The position numbers and the translations under genes were made by a program. This document shows, in pieces, positions 17,209 to 24,756 of a DNA stretch of 47,482 nucleotides. The notes under the pieces are model-generated. The model searched no databases. It had not been told where the DNA came from and saw nothing but the letters and a program-made list of their open reading frames with translations. Position 1 is the first letter of the stretch; the number at the start of each line of letters is the position of its first letter. This stretch comes from Candidatus Krumholzibacteriia bacterium. GTDB lineage: Bacteria; Krumholzibacteriota; Krumholzibacteriia; LZORAL124-64-63. The DNA lies in assembly GCA_036351155.1 (NCBI GenBank), contig JAZBOO010000314.1, positions 1-47,482 on the forward strand. The letters are read 5' to 3'.

Positions 17209-17791
17209 GGTCGGTGAGGAACTGGTCCTGGTCGCCCGCCCAATATCGCGGTGCCCCCACAAAGGCGTCAATCCGGAAGGGCACCGGCAGCCAGGAACCA
17301 CGGGGCAGGGTGCGCCCGGTTCCGTGCAGGAACAGCGGCACCACCGGGACTCCGGGGTGCGCGGCCGCCAGGCGCGCAATACCGCCCTTGAGCTCTTGCA
17401 TCTGTTCGGGCTCGCCGCGTGTGCCCTCGGGGAAAATGAGCACCACGTTGCCCGCTTCGAGTTCTCGCGCACACCCCGCCAGGAATGCCTGCAAGGGATT
17501 CTGGGTGCGGTCGATGGGGATGATGCGCAGGATCTTGTCGCTCACGAAGCGCAGCAACGGGTTGGCGTAGAAGTAGTCCGCGGCGGCCACCGGCCTGATT
17601 TTGTAGTGCACCTGGCCGCTGATGGCCAGGGTGACCATCAGGTCCAGATGAGAATTGTGGTTGGCGCAGAAGATGGCGGGCCCATCGACCGGAAAGTTCT
17701 CGCGACCCCGCACCCACACGCCAAAGCCCAGAAATATCAACGGTTTGACAATGAGATAATAGAGCAGCTTGCGCAGGAGGCTGTGCATCAT
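17141..17791 (-). CDS. 1-acyl-sn-glycerol-3-phosphate acyltransferase family (PlsC-like)
   Basis: ANHNSHLD (HX4D), AAADYF, IFPEGTR; start MMHSLLRK overlaps upstream stop. Confidence 0.9.
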   Translation of the reverse strand: MMHSLLRKLLYYLIVKPLIFLGFGVWVRGRENFPVDGPAIFCANHNSHLDLMVTLAISGQVHYKIRPVAAADYFYANPLLRFVSDKILRIIPIDRTQNPLQAFLAGCARELEAGNVVLIFPEGTRGEPEQMQELKGGIARLAAAHPGVPVVPLFLHGTGRTLPRGSWLPVPFRIDAFVGAPRYWAGDQDQFLTDLKEFFEDSYRQIHLCSVPAKNS

Positions 17792-18732
17792 CCCTGTCCC
17801 AGGTAACAGAAGTAGCGAATGAAATGACACATCAGAGGCGCGGTGAGGGTCAAGCTGTCCACCCGATCCAGGATGCCGCCGTGGCCGGGCAGCATGGCGC
17901 CGGTGTCCTTGAGGCACAGGTCCCGTTTGACGCATGACATGTTCAGGTCGCCAAAGAACCCGGCCACCGAAACGAGCAAACCCGAAAGGGCCGCCAGATA
18001 CCATGGCAACGGCGTGAGCCAAATCCCGAGCAAGCTCGCCAGCACCACGCTGGTGCCCATGCCTCCCAGAAAGCCTTCCCAGGTCTTGCTCGGGCTCACG
18101 CTCGGAATGATCTTGCGGCGCCCGAAGCTCTTTCCCCAGATGTACTGGCTGACATCGTTGGACTGGGTGAGCAGGACCACGTAAAGCACCAGCCCCGCGC
18201 CGGTGATGGGGCCCCCGGGTCCGGGCAACACAGCAAGATAGGCCAGATGGGAGATGGAGAACACGGTCATCAAAAGGCCCCAGTAGATGGTGCCGATGCG
18301 CGCGATGTAGCCCTGGGTCACGCCGGTCAAGATCATCTGCATGGCGATCACCGCCAGGCCGTACACGGGGATCAGCACCAGGAACATCTCGAAGTCGACG
18401 GTGAACACGAAGAGGTACTGCAGCGGAATCATCAGGTACACCCAGAACAGCACCACCCGATCCTGGATCTGGGTGGGGGTGATGGTCAGGTATTCCTTCA
18501 GCGCCAGGTAGCTGACGAAGGCAAACAGCAGGATCGTTGTGGCCTTGCCCAGAAAGAGGGCAACGCTCAGGAGCCCGATAATCACCCACCAGCTGTTCAT
18601 GCGCTGTGCCAGCTCGGTGTGATCACGCTCGGGGTCGGCGGCCTGCTTCCGTTTGACGAAGATGGTGGCGGCAATGAGAAACGCCCACACCCCCACCAGC
18701 GCGAGACCGGCGCGCGAACTCAGCTCAAGCAT
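17788..18732 (-). CDS. Phosphatidate cytidylyltransferase (CdsA family, YnbB-like)
   Basis: SWWVI, NDVSQY, SPSKTWEG, GDLNMSCVKRD...KDTG..LPGHGGILDRVDSL. Confidence 0.93.
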   Translation of the reverse strand: MLELSSRAGLALVGVWAFLIAATIFVKRKQAADPERDHTELAQRMNSWWVIIGLLSVALFLGKATTILLFAFVSYLALKEYLTITPTQIQDRVVLFWVYLMIPLQYLFVFTVDFEMFLVLIPVYGLAVIAMQMILTGVTQGYIARIGTIYWGLLMTVFSISHLAYLAVLPGPGGPITGAGLVLYVVLLTQSNDVSQYIWGKSFGRRKIIPSVSPSKTWEGFLGGMGTSVVLASLLGIWLTPLPWYLAALSGLLVSVAGFFGDLNMSCVKRDLCLKDTGAMLPGHGGILDRVDSLTLTAPLMCHFIRYFCYLGQG

Positions 18733-19333
18733 GATCCACCGCCGTCCCGTACTTGATCCGGTTGCTGATCGTGAGCAAGGACAACGCGGACATCACCAGC
18801 AGCACGCCATTGATGACGGCGGGCTGGGTCAGGCCGAAGAAGATCGCCAGGCTCAGGAGAGCCATGATCAGTGCCCGGTCGCTCTTGGTGGAGGGACCTC
18901 GGTAGCTCCGCTCCTTGCCTTGCGCGTGAGCCAGCACCCCGGAAAATTCGGCAACAACTCCCGTGAAAACAAAGAGCAAGACGGCCTCCAGGCTGAAGCC
19001 GGCCACCCGGGCGAAGGGGAGGTAGAGCGCAGCGTCGCTGACCACGTCACCCAGCTCGTTGAGGTAGCCGCCCAGGGGGGTCTTCTGGTCGTGTTCCCGC
19101 GCGATCACGCCGTCGATGTTGTTGAGCGCCATGCGGACCAGCAACAGCAGGGGGAAAAGCAGGAAGATCAATCTGGTGGTCGGCATGAAGTAGATGAGCG
19201 CACCGAAACCGATGCTCAGCAAGGTCGCGAAGTTCGTCACGGCATTGGCCGAGATGCCGCCTCTCACCAGGGCGTTGGCCACGGGGCGCAGCAGGCCGCT
19301 GAACTTCTGCTTGAGGTCGTAGGTCGAGGGCAT
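18725..19333 (-). CDS. CDP-alcohol phosphatidyltransferase (YnbA-like)
   Basis: YDLKQKF..LLRP, ANAVT, RMALNNIDGVIAR...GGYLNELGDVVSD, KSDRA. Confidence 0.9.
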   Translation of the reverse strand: MPSTYDLKQKFSGLLRPVANALVRGGISANAVTNFATLLSIGFGALIYFMPTTRLIFLLFPLLLLVRMALNNIDGVIAREHDQKTPLGGYLNELGDVVSDAALYLPFARVAGFSLEAVLLFVFTGVVAEFSGVLAHAQGKERSYRGPSTKSDRALIMALLSLAIFFGLTQPAVINGVLLVMSALSLLTISNRIKYGTAVDHA

Positions 19334-19579
19334 ACACCACCGCATTTCTGAAGGCTTCGAAGTGGGGTTCAGAAGGGACCATAACACATCAGCTGGGTCA
19401 TTCCTTCCTGGATGTCGAGACCGATGTTGAGAGGGTTTTCGGGAGGGAGAGCAAGGCTACCCGGTATTCCCCATCCCCGCCGAAATTCCCGAATATCGCC
19501 CGTCCCAAGAGTGACGGAGCTGTATTCCTGGTTGGAATTTACCCGATTTTACCGCCATGAACTCTCCTTTTTCCCTCAA

Positions 19580-19609
19580 TTGTTGATTATCAGGTGTCCT
19601 GGGTATAAT
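19580..19609 (+). promoter_or_regulatory. Possible sigma70 promoter
   Basis: TTGTTG, 18-bp spacer, TATAAT (19604-19609) upstream of 19700. Confidence 0.35.
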
Positions 19610-19699
19610 TTTCAGATTCAACGATTCGCCACGCGACCTGGATCGCCAGGAAAAGACCGCACGGCGCGGCTTGCCCCGCGTCCACCGGAGGGGAAATCC

Positions 19700-20290
19700 A
19701 TGCTGAAGTATTTCACGCTCATCGCCATGTCGCTGCTGCTGCTGATCGGTGGCTGCTCCGGTGACAACCAGGCCGAACAGGCCGAACAGGCCGCTGGGGA
19801 CGTGCACGCCGCGGCCGCCGACTCTCCTGTCCCCATGACCATCGCCGAGTTCAACGCCAGGGGCGAGGAATACGAAGGCAAGCTGGTGGAGGTCGAGGGC
19901 ATCGTGGACCACGTGTGCAAGCACAGTGGCAAGCGCCTGTTCATCCGCGGCGACAATCCGGAGGACCGGGTCAAGATCGAGTCCGGCGATGTGGGCACCT
20001 TCGACATCGCTCTGGAGGGCAGCAAGATCAAGGTCCTGGCCACGGGCACGGTCATGAAGATGGACAACGCCTACCTGGACAACTGGGCCAAGGAAGTGGG
20101 CGGCGATGATCCTGCCGCCGGGTGTTCCGAGGAGCAGAAGGAAATAGCCAAGGGTGGCGGGGACCAGCAGGAAGAGCACGATTCCGCCATGTCCCAGATC
20201 AACGCCCTGCGCGCAGAGCTGGCCGCTTCCGGCCGCGAGTACCTGGCCTTCTGCAGCCTGGAAGCTCGATCTTTCGAGGAAGTCAAGTAG
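19700..20290 (+). CDS. Lipoprotein with probable OB-fold (DUF4920-like)
   Basis: GGAGGGG RBS; lipobox IGG-C; GKLVEVEGIVDHVCKHSGKRLFI. Confidence 0.75.
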   Translation: MLKYFTLIAMSLLLLIGGCSGDNQAEQAEQAAGDVHAAAADSPVPMTIAEFNARGEEYEGKLVEVEGIVDHVCKHSGKRLFIRGDNPEDRVKIESGDVGTFDIALEGSKIKVLATGTVMKMDNAYLDNWAKEVGGDDPAAGCSEEQKEIAKGGGDQQEEHDSAMSQINALRAELAASGREYLAFCSLEARSFEEVK

Positions 20291-20291
20291 C

Positions 20292-20873
20292 GTGACCGAG
20301 AACAAATCCGCCCGCAAGGGTTTCAAGTGGCGCAAGTGGAACAACATTCTGCACCGGGACATCGGGTACCTGATTGTCGGCATGACCCTGGTCTACGCCG
20401 TGTCGGGTATTGCCCTGAACCACATGCGGGACTGGAATCCCAACTACATCATCACGCACCGTGAGGTGGCCTGGGACGGTGGCGTACCCGCCGACCCGGT
20501 AAGTGAAGAGCAGGTCAGGACGTTCCTGGAGGAAATCGGGGAGAACAAGGGCTACAAGAGCCACTACAGCCCCCAGCCTGGCCAGTTCAAGATCTGGTTG
20601 AACGGCGGCAGTGTGCTCCTGGACCGCTCCACCGGAGCTGGATACGCCGAGCACATCAAGCGACGGGCCATCTTCTTCGAGGTCAACTGGTTGCACTATA
20701 ATCCGCGGGTGTTGTGGACCTGGTTCTCGGACATCTACTCCGGCGCACTGATCCTGGTGGCCATCACGGGGCTGTTCGTGCTCAAGGGCCGCAAGGGCAT
20801 CACGGGACGCGGGGCCTGGTTGACCGGTATTGGTGTGCTGATTCCCGTGGTCTTCCTGGTGATCTACCTCTGA
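20292..20873 (+). CDS. PepSY-associated TM helix family membrane protein
   Basis: LHRDIGY...YAVSGIALNH, NWLHYN, WTWFSD...AITGL. Confidence 0.85.
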   Translation: MTENKSARKGFKWRKWNNILHRDIGYLIVGMTLVYAVSGIALNHMRDWNPNYIITHREVAWDGGVPADPVSEEQVRTFLEEIGENKGYKSHYSPQPGQFKIWLNGGSVLLDRSTGAGYAEHIKRRAIFFEVNWLHYNPRVLWTWFSDIYSGALILVAITGLFVLKGRKGITGRGAWLTGIGVLIPVVFLVIYL

Positions 20874-20892
20874 TCGGGCTTTCGGGAGGACA

Positions 20893-22005
20893 CTAGTCCC
20901 CCGAAAGTCCGGCCAGCAGGGCCTCGTTGGTGTCCCACTTTTCCATCAGCTTGAGCATGCCCTCCATGGCGGGTCGGGGGTGGGCCGCGGCCGCTCTTCG
21001 CCGCAGGATGGTCAGGGCCTCGTATTCCTCTTCACTGAAAAGAAGATCGTCCCGACGCGTTCCGCTGGCCCGGAGGTCGAGCGCGGGAAAAATGCGGGTT
21101 TCCGCCAGGCTGCGGTCCAGGACGATCTCGCTGTTGCCGGTTCCCTTGAACTCCTCGAAAATCATATCGTCCATGCGGCTGCCGGTGTCCACCAGGGCGG
21201 TGGCGACCACCGTCAGAGAACCCCCGCCCTCGATGTTGCGGGCCATGCCGAAGAACTTTCGCGGAATTTCCAGGGCGCGCGAATCGAGCCCGCCGCTCAT
21301 GGTGCGTCCGGAACCCTTGTCGCTCTGGTTGAAGGCCCGTCCCATGCGCGTGATGCTGTCCACCAGCACCACCACATCGTGTCCACATTCCACTTCGCGC
21401 ACCGCCTGCGACATGGCCATCTGGGCCAGGCGCACATGGTCGGCCACGGTCTGATCGCTGCTGCTGGCCAGGACCTCGGCGGGGGTGGAGCGGCGAAAGT
21501 GAGTCACCTCTTCGGGGCGTTCATCGATCAAGAGCACCACGATGCGCGTTTCGGGGGCATCCTCGGAAATGCTGGTGGCGAGATTTTCCAGCAGGGTGGT
21601 TTTTCCGGACTTGGGTGGCGAAACAATGAGCCCTCGGGTGCCCTTGGCGATGGGGGCGATCAGGTCGATGATCCGCATGGACACATTGCCACCCCGGCCC
21701 AGGTTGAACCGCTCTTCGGGATTGAGGGCGGTCAATTCTTTCATGGATTGGCGACGGGCGAACTGCTCAGGAGTACACCCACACACGGTGTGCACCTGGG
21801 TCAGGGATAGACCCTTTTTGCCCTTGGCGGCGGTTCCGGTCACCAGGGCGCCGGTGGCCAGGCTCAATTCCTTGATCAATTTCTGAGGAACAAAAATATC
21901 ACTGGAGCTGGGGGCGAAAGAGAGGGCGGGGTCGCGGAGGAACCCGCCACCTTGCTTCAGGATCTCGAGGACCCCCGAAACCTGGCCGTTGGCCACATCA
22001 GACAT
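20893..22005 (-). CDS. rho: Transcription termination factor Rho, short form
   Basis: GVLEIL..GGGFLR, DIFV, RIIDLIAPIAKGTRGLIVSPPKSGKT, LLIDERPEEVT, DSITR, TALVDTGSRMDDMIFEEFKGTGNSE; alternative start 22014. Confidence 0.93.
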   Translation of the reverse strand: MSDVANGQVSGVLEILKQGGGFLRDPALSFAPSSSDIFVPQKLIKELSLATGALVTGTAAKGKKGLSLTQVHTVCGCTPEQFARRQSMKELTALNPEERFNLGRGGNVSMRIIDLIAPIAKGTRGLIVSPPKSGKTTLLENLATSISEDAPETRIVVLLIDERPEEVTHFRRSTPAEVLASSSDQTVADHVRLAQMAMSQAVREVECGHDVVVLVDSITRMGRAFNQSDKGSGRTMSGGLDSRALEIPRKFFGMARNIEGGGSLTVVATALVDTGSRMDDMIFEEFKGTGNSEIVLDRSLAETRIFPALDLRASGTRRDDLLFSEEEYEALTILRRRAAAAHPRPAMEGMLKLMEKWDTNEALLAGLSGD

Positions 22006-22250
22006 GGGATACATCCTTGGAAAAAACAGAGAATTGTCCCAACCGGGGCAAGAAGGCGGAGGTCCGCAATCCTGGAAACGGGACCCTCACGCTCCGCGCA
22101 GGAGTGTAGTACGGGAAAGGCGAAAAAGAAAGGCTGGCCATGAAGGACCAGTGGGGGCCAATTGCGGCCCCAGGTAATTGGCACTAACAATGGAAGATCG
22201 TTTTTGGGATTTTTCCCGTTTTCTGTCCAGTATTGAAAGGGAGCAAGAGC

Positions 22251-22706
22251 ATGTTGAATATCCACCAGAAGGCCCTGTTGATCGTGATGACCCTGACCTT
22301 GGCCTGCACCGGAGTGGCCATGGCCGGCAGCAGTGCCGACGAGAAAGGTATCGAACAGGCTGTCTTGAACTATGCGAACTCGATCTATGACATGAAGCCG
22401 GAGCTGCTGGACATGAGCGTCAGCCCGAAGCTGCAGAAGGTGGGCTACATGCCAGCGCAGGACGGCTCCGGACTCGAGGAGAGCTGGATGACGTTTGCCG
22501 ATCTCAAGGACCTGGCCGGTCATCTGAACAAGGACGGCATGTTCGATCCCAAGACCTCCCCCCGCAAGGTGACCATCCTCCATCATACCGACATGATCGC
22601 TAACGTGAAGCTGGATGCGGCCTGGGGCATCGATTACATCCACCTGACGAAGTTCAACGGCCGGTGGATGATCATGAACGTCATCTGGGAGATGGGTTCG
22701 CACTAG
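22251..22706 (+). CDS. Secreted NTF2-like (putative lumazine-binding family) protein
   Basis: Signal peptide; IEQAVLNY, PKLQKVG, ANVKLDAAWGIDYIHLTKFNGRWMIMNVIW. Confidence 0.8.
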   Translation: MLNIHQKALLIVMTLTLACTGVAMAGSSADEKGIEQAVLNYANSIYDMKPELLDMSVSPKLQKVGYMPAQDGSGLEESWMTFADLKDLAGHLNKDGMFDPKTSPRKVTILHHTDMIANVKLDAAWGIDYIHLTKFNGRWMIMNVIWEMGSH

Positions 22707-22746
22707 CGTTCCGTCCAGCCCAAATCCGGGCCTCTAAATTGTTTAT

Positions 22747-22781
22747 GACGGCCCCACCAGGGGCCGTCTCGCTTTGTGTTT
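22747..22781 (+). terminator. Intrinsic terminator-like hairpin
   Basis: GACGGCCCC-ACCA-GGGGCCGTC followed by TCGCTTTGTGTTT, 40 bp after stop. Confidence 0.6.
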
Positions 22782-22863
22782 CCCGCGAGGGTGTTGATCT
22801 AATTCCCTTGAAAAGGGTCACCATGCTGTCATACCATCAGAACCATCTCCAACAGGTGCTGAG

Positions 22864-24639
22864 GTGAACGTGCCCAGAAGCCATGATCGAGAAGACCTGA
22901 AGCCGGATTATCGTCAGTCCGCCCATGAATTCGATATTCTGGTGGAAACCGGTCAGCGCCTGGCCGAGACCCTGGACCTGCAGACGATCCTGCAGGCGGC
23001 GGTCGACGGTATCACCGGTCTGGCCGGCCTGGAAACAGCTGCAGTGTATCTCCTGGAGGACGAGATCCTGCACCTCTGGGCGACCTACCCTCCCTTGCCC
23101 CCCGGTTTCCCCGCAGAGCTGCGCGATGCGCCCCTTTCCGACCATCTGCACATCAAGGAGGCGATCAGCGGTAAGAAGCCCTTCGTGGTGGATGACCTGC
23201 TGACTGCCGCGAAGACGGATGCTGAGCGGGAGGTGGCCCGCCAGCGGAGGCTGCGCACGGTGCTCTACGTCCCGATCGTGATCGATGGCGAAGGCATCGG
23301 GGCATTCCTTGTCGGTTCGACCAGTGGGGTCGTCCATATCGCCGAGAACCGCATCGGACTGGTGGGCGCACTGGCCAACCTGGCGGCCCTGACCGCCCGG
23401 AACGCCCTGCTGTTCCAGGACACCGAAGCGAAAACTCTGGAGCTGAAAGCCTCGCTCGAGGAGCGGTTGAAGGTCGAAAAGGAGCGGGAGCAGTTGCAGA
23501 TTCAGCTGGCCCAGGCGCAAAAACTGGAGTCCATCGGGCGTCTGGCCGGAGGCGTCGCCCATGACTTCAACAACTTGCTCCAGGTCATCCGGGGGTACAC
23601 CGAGCTGGCCATATCCAGTGTTCCCTCGACCAACCCCGCCTTCGATTACCTGCACGAGGTGCAGGTCGCGGCCGATCGGTCGGCCGGTATCACACGGCAG
23701 CTTCTGGCCTTCGCTCGTCAGCAGACCATTGCTCCGAAAGTCATTGATCTCAGCAAGTCTGTGGACGATACCCTGCAGATGTTGAAGCGCCTGGTGGGAG
23801 AAAACCTGGACCTGGTCTGGGCGCCGGATGAGAACCCGTTGCCCGTGCTCATGGACTCCTCGCAGCTGGACCAGATCTTGACCAACCTTTGCATCAACGC
23901 GCGGGAAGCCATCGAGGATGTCGGCAAGGTGACCATTGAGACCCAGGCCGCCAGGTTCGATGAGGAATACTGCAGGCTGCACGAAGGATACCTGCCGGGT
24001 GACTACTGCATGCTGGCCGTGAGTGACGATGGTTGCGGATTTGACGAGGAGTTTCAGAAGAACATCTTCGAGCCGTTCTTTACCAACAAGAATGAGGGCA
24101 CAGGCCTGGGTCTGGCCATGGTCTACGGGATCGTCAAGCAGAACGAGGGTTTCATCAACGTGTACAGCGAGCCGGGCCAGGGCACGACATTCAAGATCTA
24201 TCTCCCCCTTCACGAGGGCACAGGAAGTCCGGCCCTGGAAGCGAAGAAAGCCGTCGTCCACCGCGGCGGTGGCGAGACGGTCATGATCGTCGAGGATGAC
24301 CCATCCATTTTGACTTTGCTGGAGACCGTTTTGCGACGGCAGGGCTACCACGTCATCTCTGCAAATTCTCCTCTGACTGCCCTGGACCTGGCGAAGCGGC
24401 ACCAGGGCGAGATCCGATTGCTCGTGACCGACGTCGTCATGCCGGACATCAATGGCCGGGAGCTGGCGAAAAGGATCGGAACGCTTTTCCCGGACCTTTT
24501 GGTTCTGTTCATGTCGGGCTATACCTCCAATGTCATTGCACATCGGGGTGTTCTCGATGAAGGCGTCACCTTTCTTCAGAAGCCGTTCGATTCCCCGCAA
24601 CTCGCCGAGAAAGTACGGAGCATGCTGGACGGGAAATGA
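22864..24639 (+). CDS. Hybrid sensor kinase (GAF-HisKA-HATPase-REC)
   Basis: AQKLESIGRLAGGVAHDFNNLL, NLCINARE, FEPFFT..GTGLGL, VEDD...LLVTDVVMP...MSGY...KPF. Confidence 0.93.
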   Translation: MNVPRSHDREDLKPDYRQSAHEFDILVETGQRLAETLDLQTILQAAVDGITGLAGLETAAVYLLEDEILHLWATYPPLPPGFPAELRDAPLSDHLHIKEAISGKKPFVVDDLLTAAKTDAEREVARQRRLRTVLYVPIVIDGEGIGAFLVGSTSGVVHIAENRIGLVGALANLAALTARNALLFQDTEAKTLELKASLEERLKVEKEREQLQIQLAQAQKLESIGRLAGGVAHDFNNLLQVIRGYTELAISSVPSTNPAFDYLHEVQVAADRSAGITRQLLAFARQQTIAPKVIDLSKSVDDTLQMLKRLVGENLDLVWAPDENPLPVLMDSSQLDQILTNLCINAREAIEDVGKVTIETQAARFDEEYCRLHEGYLPGDYCMLAVSDDGCGFDEEFQKNIFEPFFTNKNEGTGLGLAMVYGIVKQNEGFINVYSEPGQGTTFKIYLPLHEGTGSPALEAKKAVVHRGGGETVMIVEDDPSILTLLETVLRRQGYHVISANSPLTALDLAKRHQGEIRLLVTDVVMPDINGRELAKRIGTLFPDLLVLFMSGYTSNVIAHRGVLDEGVTFLQKPFDSPQLAEKVRSMLDGK

Positions 24640-24756
24640 TCCTGATCCAAGCGGCTGCCCATCTGGTCGATGCGCCCTGTTGAAAGCCCATATTCGCAAT
24701 TCTCTGAATTGAATTATAATGTGAGAGCCAGTGTTCTTCTTCGGGGGAGGATGACC

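Noticed and set aside
17792..18589. Apparent 482-aa acyltransferase
   Set aside because: The upstream part is an alternative frame over the cytidylyltransferase; real start at 17791
19769..19794. Short tandem CAGGCCGAA repeat
   Set aside because: Encodes a low-complexity QAEQAEQA lipoprotein linker; in frame, no sign of phase variation
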